A stretch of 58,124 bases of DNA from Candidatus Eiseniibacteriota bacterium (lineage in GTDB: Bacteria; Joyebacterota; Joyebacteria; Joyebacterales; Joyebacteraceae). Each line of letters begins with the position of its first letter. Position 1 is the first letter of the stretch. A model generated the notes under the pieces. That model was given only the letters and a program-made list of their open reading frames with translations. It was not told the origin of the DNA and searched no databases. The stretch covers positions 1-58,124 of the forward strand of contig JAUVLG010000004.1 in the NCBI GenBank assembly GCA_030595835.1, written 5' to 3'. Positions 46,401-55,069 of the stretch are shown piece after piece. Position numbers and translations under genes: made by a program.

Positions 46401-48476
46401 CGGCACTACAATAAGCTCGATGCTCAGATAGGACTCACCGGACTCGACGTTCACTTGGTGCGGAGCCGACGGCGCCAGACCGTCGCTCTCGGCGACCAGC
46501 TCGTACGTGTCCGGAGGCAGCAGGAGGACGAACTCACCGAACGCGTTCGTCGTCGTTTCGAACGGCTCGCCTGCCGGAGGGACCGCAACAACGCGCGCGT
46601 CGGAGTAGTTGACTCGTCCGTCGGTGACTCTGCCCATCACGGCCGAACTGGTCGTCGTGAGAACGATGGGCGGTTCGACCGCCGTGTTGTCGCCCGGGTC
46701 GACGACGATCCCTCTTCCGTCGCTGGGAACGAACCCGCTCTTCTCGGCGGTGAGCGTCCATTCGCCCGGTGCCAGCTCGAGGGAGAAGTAACCACTCGCA
46801 TTCGTGAACGCCGATGACGTTCCGAACGAACTCTGCGCAAGCACTGTGGCGCCGACGATCGGGCTGCCGGCCTCGTTCATGACGTTGCCCGTGGCGGTAC
46901 CGGGTGTTCCTGCGAGCGTGAGTGGGTCCGCGAGTTCGATGTAGTCATTCGCGTGGAGTTCCACGCCGATGGGTGTTGACGGCGCGTACCCCGCCTTCTC
47001 CGCGTGGACCTCCCACACGCCGGCGCTCGCCTGCATGACGAAGTTCCCCGTGGGGTCGCTCTTCGTCTCGAGAACCAGAGCGCCCGAGATCGCCACGACG
47101 TCGGCGTCGAATATGGGCGCACCTGCTTCGTCCTCTACGACGCCGCGCATCCTGGCGGAAGCCTTCCTCATGGTGATCGTGACGTACGGGTTCTCGTTGG
47201 CCACGATGACGGCGGTGGCGGTTGTGTCGACGTAGTCCGGCTTGGACGCGTGGAATGCGTACTCGCCCGGGATCAGCGCGACGTCTCTTCTGCCCAGAGT
47301 GTCTGTCACCGCGGGGAGGACGTTGACGCCACCCGTCAGGAACTCCATTTCGACCAGGACGTTTGGAAGTGGATTCCGATCGTCCTTCCTGGTCCTGATG
47401 AGCGCGGTTCCCGTCTCGGTCGCGTACTCGAAGCTCCTCGTTACGGACGCGACGCCGCTTCCGGACGAATCCAGCGCGACCACTCTCCAGCGGTAGTTGC
47501 CTGAGACCAGGAAACTGCCCAGATGCACCTGCGCAGACGGTGTGGGAGCGGGGCCGTCCCATACCAGGAAGCTGGCCTCTGCCTGGCTCCACTCGCGGTT
47601 CTCAGAGATGTAGACGTGATATCCGGATGCACCGTCCACCGGTGTCCAGCTGAAGTCCAGGTGCTCCTCTGTGACGAGCAGGCTGTCCGGTGGGAACGTG
47701 AGTTCCGGAGGCTCCATAGATACGGTGACGTCGACGTAGAACGACGACAGACCGGCGCCGGCCGTCGATGTCAGGATCGGGTTGTTGCCGAAGTTGTTGA
47801 AGACGAGCCAGTGGTAGCTGAAGCCACTCATGAGAGGAGGGCTCGTGCCGTTCGAGGCGACGAAGTACCCGGACGGATCCGGAGATCCGTACTGTATGAG
47901 GGTCCCGCTCGTGATGGCCTGCCATATGATGTTGGCGCCGCCGACGTGCAGCTCTCCATTCTCCTCCGTGACGCTGAGCTCGTGGTCCGACAGGAGCAGG
48001 TGGTAGTACGGGACACCGTCGACCGCGTCCCATTGGAATGTCGTGGTCGTCTCGTAGATCGTGGACCCGTTGGTCGGGGTCGTGGGGGAGGGGAAGACGG
48101 GCGAATCGAGAATCAGAACGAACTCGTCCGAAGTCTCTCCGCCCCCAAGTTCGCTCACGACGCAGTAGTAAATGCCCCAGGACATCCCCTCGTCGAGAGG
48201 CGTGAAAACGAGCGAGCCCCAGCCCTCGGCTGCAGTCTCATTGGTGTATACGCCGGGAGCCCGCCCGTAGCTCAGGTTGCAGTGGGTTGTTTCCGCCCAG
48301 GTGATGGTGACCTCTTCGTACAGCTGCACGAGGCCGTCGGGAGTCGAAACCAACGTAATGCCCGCCGACGCCGGGGCGGCGAGCGCGAGCACCACGACCA
48401 TCGTCGCGATGGCCGCCCGCACGCGCTGGGACCTCCGATGCCCATCCGGAAGAAGCCGTCGTTCGCTGAGTCTCAT
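43431..48476 (-). CDS. giant secreted repeat protein: FN3/Ig-like N-terminal modules, about a dozen CarboxypepD_reg-like repeats, FlgD-like / T9SS-type C-terminal domain
   Basis: AAGGAG RBS. Signal peptide ..MVVVLALAAPASA. W..V.GA.GYHVY-type modules. Repeated G.V.D..G.P..GA.V..(Gly-rich)..G.Y units. The last ~90 aa are AEPNPFAP..VTVRIYNMAGQFVREL..IDWDGLTDSGELARNGRYVVEV. Confidence 0.85.
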   Translation of the reverse strand: MRLSERRLLPDGHRRSQRVRAAIATMVVVLALAAPASAGITLVSTPDGLVQLYEEVTITWAETTHCNLSYGRAPGVYTNETAAEGWGSLVFTPLDEGMSWGIYYCVVSELGGGETSDEFVLILDSPVFPSPTTPTNGSTIYETTTTFQWDAVDGVPYYHLLLSDHELSVTEENGELHVGGANIIWQAITSGTLIQYGSPDPSGYFVASNGTSPPLMSGFSYHWLVFNNFGNNPILTSTAGAGLSSFYVDVTVSMEPPELTFPPDSLLVTEEHLDFSWTPVDGASGYHVYISENREWSQAEASFLVWDGPAPTPSAQVHLGSFLVSGNYRWRVVALDSSGSGVASVTRSFEYATETGTALIRTRKDDRNPLPNVLVEMEFLTGGVNVLPAVTDTLGRRDVALIPGEYAFHASKPDYVDTTATAVIVANENPYVTITMRKASARMRGVVEDEAGAPIFDADVVAISGALVLETKSDPTGNFVMQASAGVWEVHAEKAGYAPSTPIGVELHANDYIELADPLTLAGTPGTATGNVMNEAGSPIVGATVLAQSSFGTSSAFTNASGYFSLELAPGEWTLTAEKSGFVPSDGRGIVVDPGDNTAVEPPIVLTTTSSAVMGRVTDGRVNYSDARVVAVPPAGEPFETTTNAFGEFVLLLPPDTYELVAESDGLAPSAPHQVNVESGESYLSIELIVVPADCELAGVVVDGTDPVAGALVTSGGTSATTSAAGEFSLDVPAGLHELTALKDGHLSGAPLQVAAHPGETLEGLELEITGGASAISGHALSDGEPVGRAVVTALSEATEVVAVADENGSYVVHVEAGEWTVTARKDGFAPSSSEVVAVAAGQSAHGIDPELAPEYATIEGSVTDSREVLRRSLVLLYRNGEAEAAYRTSSDSDGHYCLRVAPGAAYVAVAAAHGHGSAEVEIAALAIGEERVVDMHLPARESAIAGTVTGADGLPLAGALVRAETGGEAAATANAYGDYELYVHAGLHDVSVSQAGYEPRLHADVFAVADETTELNSNLLDVFALLHGTVVNSVSSEPVSGVVITAVWGGGLSAVTGPCGEYELASVVPGEITVVTTKRGFVSGETALTLAEHEIRDHDIHLVRLTGSIAGQVTDSSTGLPVAGVSVRAKLGDDIASAAMTGADGRYALSGLYPGTDYNVHASRAGYSSDSENPRTNITPDAVDIDFTLRECAGVITGFVLDADDGEPLPGASVTANNGLGHFGTTTSGADGLFTIDGLAEIGAYDVSTSLYGYLEAVAYDVAPGGEALTLEMPRNFARLIGTLTPQGAGVELGETVIAATNIAFAEHSQMASPDALGAYEITELRPGSYVLSVSGGTHLGTPAQVSIAVGEGELVSGVDFTVERATIERIDVAGPDEIEAGHAATFSGSVLAQGERLVNVDLDWWVAPDCAASVARATGELSISAGYIGELTVSAREPSSGEVGRAEATVYVTVTPGEGASAGDSLGMTLHIEPGAVTETKSIYLSHEFLPDVRRYSKGHIVEARSYRLKPNGMSFEEYHHPTLTVPDNNRGGGLVRWDREVLDWAEVEAEHVGSDLEAEIPALAEFAVRARSGPLGVSDVRAEPNPFAPANGCVTIYYELSSDSAREPFVTVRIYNMAGQFVRELISNGSQGKGPASIDWDGLTDSGELARNGRYVVEVSAEDTSGTETALGTVVLVK

Positions 48477-48551
48477 GTATTCGTCTCCTTGTCGTTCGTC
48501 GCCGACCGTGGCCACGCGGCGGTGGGGTCACGGTCGGCATGGCCGAGCGTT

Positions 48552-49982
48552 CTAGAACCCGTATTCCAATGAGACGCGCAGGACCTGAAGCGGCACTGCT
48601 AGTACCATCGTGTCCAGTCTCAGATTCTGGCCGATGTCGATGCCCAGTCCCAGATTGGCGAGCGGGATCAGGATGTCCTCGCCGGCGGACCCTCCCTCGA
48701 GGGTGTCGCCCATCAGCTTGCCGCGAATGACGCCGCCTCCGAGACGAACGCCGCTGAAGTCGAGCTCGAGGCCGAAGCCATCTGTGACGTCTACGCCCTC
48801 GGACACGTCCTGATACTCGAAGCCGAACGCCCCCACAAAGGTACGATACTCGAGGGTGGCCAGCATGAACGGCGCGTGCAGCGACACCGCCAGGCCCGCG
48901 TACGACGGGAGCAGGAGCGTCACCGGGTCGTCCTCGACCGTCTCCGTTCGCTCGGTCAGGGTCGGCTGCGAGTTCAGTATCTGGTCCGCATCGAATTCGC
49001 CGTCGATCAGGCCGGGCATGACGTTCGAGATGGTCGTGAGGGAGCCCTCGAGCTTCAGCGCCGGCATGCTCGCGTAGGACGCGTCGACCGTCACAAGCTT
49101 GATCGGGTGCCACGAGGCCCCGATGTTCCAGCCGAAAGCGTCACCTTCGTAGAGCCCGTGCATCGTCATCCCGAGTTCGTTGTACCAGGGATCGCTCGGA
49201 TCGTTGAATGCGTACTCCTGGCCGCCGTAGCTGACGATGCCGTCTGCTCTAACGCTGCCGGAGGCCGCCGCGCTCGCGTGGTAGCGGCTGACGGACAGAC
49301 CAAGTGCCACGTTCGGGTAGACGTCGGAGGCAGCTGCCAGCGTGGTACGGCTCACCCGGAAGGCGAGATCGGCCGCGGCGTCCGCCATGCATCGCATCTG
49401 GATATCGATCAGGTCATCGCCCTCGTCTTTGCTCGTGTGGCCGAACGCCTCTATCCCGGTGTCGACCATCTTGAGTGCCACTGACATGGGTTCCTCGATG
49501 GCCGCGGCGACGACCGTGCGGCCGAGCCTGACTCCGACGACGCCCGATATCACGCCCCCCTGCTGTCCCACCGCCGCGTCGAACGTCGGGTACGCGGGCT
49601 CGAAGCCGGGGCCGGTGAAGTCGCTGACTGCGTCGTCCAGCGCGTCTGCGGCGATGCTCTCGAAGTCCAGGAAGTCGGAGGCCATGGTTCCGAAGGGAGG
49701 GAGGATGTCCATAACAACTGCATTGGTGGGGATATGGGCGAGCCCCGCCGGGTTTCCGCTGACACAGCCCAATCCAGCTCTGACAGTGCTCACGGGCGTT
49801 CCCAGCCCATCGGGGCGGCTGCCCGCGCCGTAGAGGAAGCCGAGCGACATACGAAAGGAGGACGTCAGACTCCCGCCTTCCAGGATCTCGAGGGTAGCGT
49901 CGTCTCCGTCGGCAGAAGCCCCAGTGCAGAGCGCGCAGAGGATTGCAGTTCCGAGCACGACGACCACAGCATATGACCTCAT
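48552..49982 (-). CDS. FadL-like outer-membrane beta-barrel protein
   Basis: Signal peptide MRSYAVVVVLGTAILCALCTGASA. GCVSGNPAGLAHIP motif. OMP C-terminal signal VSLEYGF. Confidence 0.6.
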   Translation of the reverse strand: MRSYAVVVVLGTAILCALCTGASADGDDATLEILEGGSLTSSFRMSLGFLYGAGSRPDGLGTPVSTVRAGLGCVSGNPAGLAHIPTNAVVMDILPPFGTMASDFLDFESIAADALDDAVSDFTGPGFEPAYPTFDAAVGQQGGVISGVVGVRLGRTVVAAAIEEPMSVALKMVDTGIEAFGHTSKDEGDDLIDIQMRCMADAAADLAFRVSRTTLAAASDVYPNVALGLSVSRYHASAAASGSVRADGIVSYGGQEYAFNDPSDPWYNELGMTMHGLYEGDAFGWNIGASWHPIKLVTVDASYASMPALKLEGSLTTISNVMPGLIDGEFDADQILNSQPTLTERTETVEDDPVTLLLPSYAGLAVSLHAPFMLATLEYRTFVGAFGFEYQDVSEGVDVTDGFGLELDFSGVRLGGGVIRGKLMGDTLEGGSAGEDILIPLANLGLGIDIGQNLRLDTMVLAVPLQVLRVSLEYGF

Positions 49983-50292
49983 GAGTCCTGTCCCCTCGTG
50001 GTAAATGCGTGTAGTACAGCTTGTTACAGGTGACGCCCCGCCCGATGCTCCACCGGATATCCCAGTTGCTGCCGCTTGTCTTGCATGACTCATGCCACAC
50101 ACTGCGCTGATTGGCATCCATAAATACCGACCGCTTGGGGACTTCGCTGACCGCGCCCTCGGTGGGAGAGACTCTGGCGGCGCACGCGTGGCCCGTGCGG
50201 CGAGCCGCGTCCTGCCCGTCCAGTGCGCGAAGACACGGCGGATGACCACCGTCAAGAGGATGAGCGGCCACGGGGGGGCGGGGCGTCGTTCG

Positions 50293-50322
50293 TTGACACT
50301 CGTCTCGGCAACCTGCTAGCCT
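50293..50322 (+). promoter_or_regulatory. sigma70-type promoter candidate
   Basis: TTGACA-N18-TAGCCT, about 60 nt upstream of the GTG at 50384. Confidence 0.35.
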
Positions 50323-50383
50323 CACTCGGCCTACCGCGGGCGACCGCTCGCGGCGTTTGTTCCACATCTGGGGGATGTGAAGC

Positions 50384-51994
50384 GTGCCGGAAGGGAAGCG
50401 CACTTCAAGCGGCAGGGACATCGTCCGCGGCTTCGCGCACATCGGGACGGGAACTCTCGTCTCCCGAGTGTCCGGCTTCGCGCGCGAGGTTGTCACGGCG
50501 GCTCTCTTCGGCGCCGGCACCTCCATGGACATCTTCGTCGCCGCGTTCACCATTCCCAATCTGCTCTGTAGAATCCTCGGCGAGACCACGGTCGAATCCG
50601 CCTTCATGCCGCTTTTCAGAGGGCTGCACGCGCGAGGCGAGACGAAGCGAGCCTGGAGGCTGGCTTCGCGGACGCTGGTCAATCTCACGATGGCTCTCGT
50701 GGTGGTGGTGCTGGTCGGCATCGCTGTCGCGCCTCTCCTCGTTCGCGTCGTCGCGCACGGGTTCACGGACGAGGTCGCCGAGGCGGCCGTCTTCATGACC
50801 AGGCTGATGTTCCCCTTCGGTCTCTTCATCGGCCTCGCGGCACTCATGGGCGCGGTGCTCCTCAGCTTCAGGAGGTACCGCGTCTACAGCCTCGCGCCCG
50901 TTCTTCTGAACGTCAGCATCATCGCATCCGTGCTCGTTCTGTCCGGTCGACTCTCGTACGTCAGTCTGGCGGTGGGCGTGCTGGTCGGCGGGGTGCTCCA
51001 GTTTCTTGTGCAGCTTCCGTTCGTATCGCGGCTGGCTGCGGCCGACGGCCAGCCGCTGCTCAGGCGTGGCGCCGGGCTGGAAGATAAGGACGTGCGGCAC
51101 GTCGCCACCCTCTCAGGTCCCGTGGTGGTCGCGGCCGCGATACAGAGAGTGGGCGTGGTGGTCGATCGGACCATCGCTTCGTTCCTTGTGCCCGGGAGTA
51201 TCTCGTCGCTCTACTACTCTTTCCGGTTGGTGCACCTCCCGTACGCGATCCTCGCGCTGGCGGCGGGTCGCGCGGTCGCGCCGCTGCTCGCGGAACAGCA
51301 CGCGCTCGGCAAGCACGGTGAGTTCAAGGAGACGCTGCTCTCCGGTCTGAGGATGAACCTGACGTTCCTCACGCCCGTCGTCCTGCTGTCTGTCTATCTG
51401 GCCCGTCCGATCGTCGGTGTCGTGTACCAGCGTGGTGCGTTCGACGCGAACGACCTTTCCATGACGGCGTCGGCGCTGGCGATGTACTCGGTCGGGCTGC
51501 TGGGTATGGGCGCCGTCTTCCTGCTCGTGCGCGCCTTCGCGGCCAAGCTGGACACGAAGACCCCCGTCAAGGTCGCGGTCGTGGCATTTTTCCTGAACGT
51601 GGCGCTCAACCTCCTGTTGGTGCGGACGCCCCTCAGACACGCTGGACTGGCGCTAGCGAGCTCGATCTCGTTCTCGGTCCACGCGGTGATCCTCTATATG
51701 ATACTGAACAGGCGCGCGCTCGAGGTCGGTGCCGCGATCCGGCCGATCGAAATCCTGACGCCCGCGCTGAAGATCCTGGTCTCGGGAGCCGTCCTCACCG
51801 TTGTGGTGTGGATGGTCGATACCTGGGGCATTGGCGGTTGGCTTGGCATGCGATTTGCTGATAATCTCATGGCTGAGCGACTGCTGAGAATGATTCTGTC
51901 GAGCGTCGCGGGCGGTGCGGTGTACCTGGCCACCGGTTGGCTCCTGGGTCTGGCGGAGGTACGTCGTCTGCTGCCGGGCGCGAAGCGTCAGTAG
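50384..51994 (+). CDS. murJ: lipid II flippase MurJ
   Basis: SRVSGFAREVVTAALFGAGTSMDIFVAAFTIPNLL is the MurJ/MviN N-terminal signature. About 14 TM helices. Confidence 0.88.
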   Translation: MPEGKRTSSGRDIVRGFAHIGTGTLVSRVSGFAREVVTAALFGAGTSMDIFVAAFTIPNLLCRILGETTVESAFMPLFRGLHARGETKRAWRLASRTLVNLTMALVVVVLVGIAVAPLLVRVVAHGFTDEVAEAAVFMTRLMFPFGLFIGLAALMGAVLLSFRRYRVYSLAPVLLNVSIIASVLVLSGRLSYVSLAVGVLVGGVLQFLVQLPFVSRLAAADGQPLLRRGAGLEDKDVRHVATLSGPVVVAAAIQRVGVVVDRTIASFLVPGSISSLYYSFRLVHLPYAILALAAGRAVAPLLAEQHALGKHGEFKETLLSGLRMNLTFLTPVVLLSVYLARPIVGVVYQRGAFDANDLSMTASALAMYSVGLLGMGAVFLLVRAFAAKLDTKTPVKVAVVAFFLNVALNLLLVRTPLRHAGLALASSISFSVHAVILYMILNRRALEVGAAIRPIEILTPALKILVSGAVLTVVVWMVDTWGIGGWLGMRFADNLMAERLLRMILSSVAGGAVYLATGWLLGLAEVRRLLPGAKRQ

Positions 51995-52057
51995 TCCGAC
52001 CTGGACCCACGGGTTCCTCGTGGGACGGCCGGCATGTGCGATTGTGAAAGGACGAAC

Positions 52058-53044
52058 ATGAGTTCATCGGTGCTGGTCACCGGGGGTGCCGGCTACATCG
52101 GCAGCGTGACGGTGGAGAGACTCCTGACCGCGGGGTGTCGCGTCGTGGTGCTGGACAACCTTAGCAAGGGCCACCGGTTGGCAGTGCGGGCGAACGTGCC
52201 CTTCGTGTCGGGGGACATAGGCGACATCGAGCTTGTCACCGGACTTCTCCGTGAGCACGAGATTGACTCGGTCATCCACTTCGCGGCGATGAGCCTCGTG
52301 GGCGAGTCGATGGAGAAGCCGGCCGAGTACTACGACAACAACGTCGTGCGTGGCAGCAGACTCCTGTCGGCCATGTCGGCCGCCGGCGTTTCGAAGATCG
52401 TCTTCTCCTCGTCCGCCGGCGTCTACGGAGAACCCGAGTCCGTGCCCATCACAGAGACCGCTCCGACCGAGCCCGTGAACGTGTACGGAGACACCAAGCG
52501 CGTCTTCGAGCGGGTGCTGGAATGGCAGGCGCACAGGAGCGGTCTGAAGCACATCGCGCTCCGGTACTTCAACGCCGCCGGCGCGTCAGTGAACTGCGGC
52601 GAGGATCACCATCCGGAGTCGCATCTTATTCCCATTGCGCTACAGGCGGCGGCCGGCACGCGAGCCGAGTTGACTGTCTTCGGTAACGACTACGACACAC
52701 CCGACGGCACCTGCATCCGTGACTACATCGATGTGCGTGACCTGTCGGACGCACACATCGCGGCCCTGGGCGCGCTCGACGAGGGGAAGAGCGGTGTCTA
52801 CAATCTCGGTAACGGTGAGGGGGCCAGCGTCCTCGACGTCATTGAGACGGCGGAGGCCGTGTCGGGGAGGAAGGTGCCCTGGGAGTACGGTCCGAGACGC
52901 GAGGGAGACCCGGCGAGGCTGGTCGCGAGCGCTTCCCTGGCAAAGGAAGAGCTCGGGTGGAAGCCCGAGCATTCGGAACTCTCGGATATGATCGGGGCCG
53001 CATGGGAGTGGATGCAGCGATTCCCTGACGGATATCCGGATTGA
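52058..53044 (+). CDS. galE: UDP-glucose 4-epimerase GalE
   Basis: VLVTGGAGYIGS Rossmann motif, YGDTK catalytic YxxxK, RYFNAAGA, DYIDVRDL. Confidence 0.88.
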   Translation: MSSSVLVTGGAGYIGSVTVERLLTAGCRVVVLDNLSKGHRLAVRANVPFVSGDIGDIELVTGLLREHEIDSVIHFAAMSLVGESMEKPAEYYDNNVVRGSRLLSAMSAAGVSKIVFSSSAGVYGEPESVPITETAPTEPVNVYGDTKRVFERVLEWQAHRSGLKHIALRYFNAAGASVNCGEDHHPESHLIPIALQAAAGTRAELTVFGNDYDTPDGTCIRDYIDVRDLSDAHIAALGALDEGKSGVYNLGNGEGASVLDVIETAEAVSGRKVPWEYGPRREGDPARLVASASLAKEELGWKPEHSELSDMIGAAWEWMQRFPDGYPD

Positions 53045-53056
53045 CGCATGCCACAC

Positions 53057-53084
53057 GGGTACCACCCCTCGGGTACCACCCCTA
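53057..53084. repeat. tandem 14-bp direct repeat
   Basis: GGGTACCACCCCTC GGGTACCACCCCTA (13/14 identical), directly upstream of the tRNA promoter -35. Confidence 0.8.
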
Positions 53085-53089
53085 TCGGC

Positions 53090-53118
53090 TTGACATCGGG
53101 GGTCCGCATTGTTAGTAT
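53090..53118 (+). promoter_or_regulatory. sigma70-type promoter for the tRNA pair
   Basis: TTGACA-N17-TAGTAT with a TGt extension. The -10 ends 17 nt before the tRNA 5' end. Confidence 0.65.
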
Positions 53119-53135
53119 CTTTTCTCTGAACATGT

Positions 53136-53211
53136 GCCGCCCTAGCTCAGTTGGTAGAGCAACGGATTGAAAATCCGTGTGTCCGCAGTTCGATTCTGCG
53201 GGGCGGCACCA
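53136..53211 (+). tRNA. tRNA-Phe (anticodon GAA), CCA encoded
   Basis: Folds by hand into a cloverleaf: acceptor GCCGCCC/GGGCGGC, D-arm GCTC/GAGC, anticodon stem ACGGA/TCCGT with loop TTGAAAA, T-arm CGCAG-TTCGATT-CTGCG, then A-CCA. Confidence 0.95.
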
Positions 53212-53237
53212 CAAGGTAGATGTACTGCGAGGATCGA

Positions 53238-53313
<76 letters not shown>

Positions 53314-53331
53314 GAATCGCGTCGAGACAGG

Positions 53332-53359
53332 CGCGGCCGCCATCAGCGGCCGCGTTTCT
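53332..53359 (+). terminator. intrinsic terminator after the tRNAs
   Basis: CGCGGCCGC-CATCA-GCGGCCGCG followed by TTTCT. Confidence 0.65.
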
Positions 53360-53536
53360 GCGCTCAGTGGCTCGTTCGCGGCGTTCCCCCTTGCCGCACG
53401 GGCGCCGGATCGCCGGTTTCTGCTGTGGGGGTTGCGACCTCGTCCACCTCCCGGCATCAAGTTCACATGCTAAGAGGAATGTTGCTCAGCTCTCCGCACG
53501 GGCCCGTGCACTTTCTGGACAAAAGGAGCTGACGCA

Positions 53537-53565
53537 TTGACACACTCGGATAATTGTGCTATTGT
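53537..53565 (+). promoter_or_regulatory. sigma70-type promoter (twin of 54804)
   Basis: gcaTTGACA-N17-TATTGT with a TGc extension. About 205-nt leader to the ATG at 53778. Confidence 0.55.
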
Positions 53566-53777
53566 TGCTGCGAAGTTGACAGTCGTCGCAGGGCGTCTTC
53601 AACACATGGCAAGTGGTCGATTGCTCGCGCGTGGGCATGCGCGTCGCGCGGACGAGCGGCCCTCGGGTGAGTTTATCGTGGGTGTGCGTCGCCCCTCGCA
53701 GCGGTGCAGGGAGTGGTGTGTATCCGCACGTTCCCATAACGGCGCCCGCATGGGGCGTCAAGGAAAGGGGAAGTGAG

Positions 53778-54602
53778 ATGAAGAGGTTTGCGAGCATCCT
53801 GCTGGCGGGCGTTATGCTGTTCGCGATCGCGGGAGCGGCCCTGGGTAACATTGGCTGGGCTGGCAACATCTGGCCAGTCAACGGCACGAGCTACACGTCG
53901 AACGACAACATCGGCGTGTATGTGCAGGTCTGGAAGGACGGCTGCACTGGCGAGACCAGCGGACCATGTGCTGATATCAGCGCGACGCTCTTCTACCGCT
54001 GCACGGGCGACCCCACGTTCACGTCCGTGCCGATGCCGTTCTTTGGGTTCGCCGGCAACAACGACGAGTTCAGCGCCACTATCCCGAACACGCACGGCTG
54101 CACCGAGGTCGAGTTTTACGTTGAGGTCGTTGACGCCGAGGACAACGAGACACTGTATCCTCAGGACCAGAATGGCAACGCGCCGAACTTCTTCCTGCCG
54201 ATTACCGCGGTGACGTCGCAGGACGTTCTTGTCACCTTCCAGATCTGCATCCCGGAAGGTTCGGCCGGAGACGTCTGTGTGACCGGTAGCGCCCCTGAGC
54301 TCACTGGCTGGAGCCAGCCCGGCGTTCTGATGGCGCAGCCCTGCCCAGCGGTGAGCCCCAATCTCTACGACATCACCGTGACATTCCTGGCCGGCTCGAA
54401 CCCCTTCGTTCAGTACAAGTACCAGAAGGACGACTGTGCGACGTGGGACTGCGATCCGAACCATGAGTTCGTGATCGACGATTCCGGTCCGATGCAGACT
54501 CTGGCGTTGGACACGTGGTGCTGGGGCACGCCTGATTGCCCGGCCTGCGGGAGCCCGGTCGAGGAGACCACCTGGGGCACCGTCAAGGCGCTTTACAGGT
54601 AA
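53778..54602 (+). CDS. secreted non-catalytic protein: N-terminal beta-sandwich + CBM20-like starch-binding module + WGxIK tail
   Basis: Signal peptide MKRFASILLAGVMLFAIAGAALG. VLVTFQIC..GDVCVTGSAPELTGWS..LYDITVTFLAGSNPFVQYKYQKDDCATWDCDPNHEF fits the CBM20 pattern. Ends CPACGSPVEETTWGTVKALYR*. Confidence 0.7.
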   Translation: MKRFASILLAGVMLFAIAGAALGNIGWAGNIWPVNGTSYTSNDNIGVYVQVWKDGCTGETSGPCADISATLFYRCTGDPTFTSVPMPFFGFAGNNDEFSATIPNTHGCTEVEFYVEVVDAEDNETLYPQDQNGNAPNFFLPITAVTSQDVLVTFQICIPEGSAGDVCVTGSAPELTGWSQPGVLMAQPCPAVSPNLYDITVTFLAGSNPFVQYKYQKDDCATWDCDPNHEFVIDDSGPMQTLALDTWCWGTPDCPACGSPVEETTWGTVKALYR

Positions 54603-54803
54603 TCTGGATCAGATCGCGCCGCCGGGCATAGAGCCCGATGGGCGGTCATACTGAGCAGTGGGACGGAGCGGCCTCCGGACGGGGGCCGCTCCTCATGTAC
54701 GGTCCCGGGGTGCGAGGCGGCCCCGCGATCTTGCTCGCATCAGATGGTGTGTGCAGAGGAACGGCGACGCTTGATCCCCCAGGCACAGGGCCGCCTCGCA
54801 GCA

Positions 54804-54832
54804 TTGACATCCGCACTGAATTGTGGTATTGT
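54804..54832 (+). promoter_or_regulatory. sigma70-type promoter (twin of 53537)
   Basis: gcaTTGACA-N17-TATTGT with a TGg extension. About 230-nt leader to the ATG at 55070. Confidence 0.55.
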
Positions 54833-55069
54833 GTCCGCTGGCCAAACACATCCGACTGGTGTCAGCTGAGTATCTTCTGCACTGGCTGGCCCTGGAGTTG
54901 CTATTGGGTTGGGGTACGCGCGCTTCGGTGAAAGGAAGCGTTGCTCAAGGGAGTATTCCGGTATCGGAATGGTAACGGTGGCCGCCCGTGTGGAGGGTGG
55001 CCCGGGTCTCAAAGCGGAGTTCCCCGCGAGTGCCTTCGGCCCGCGCAGGGAACCTGAGAGGAGAGGAAG

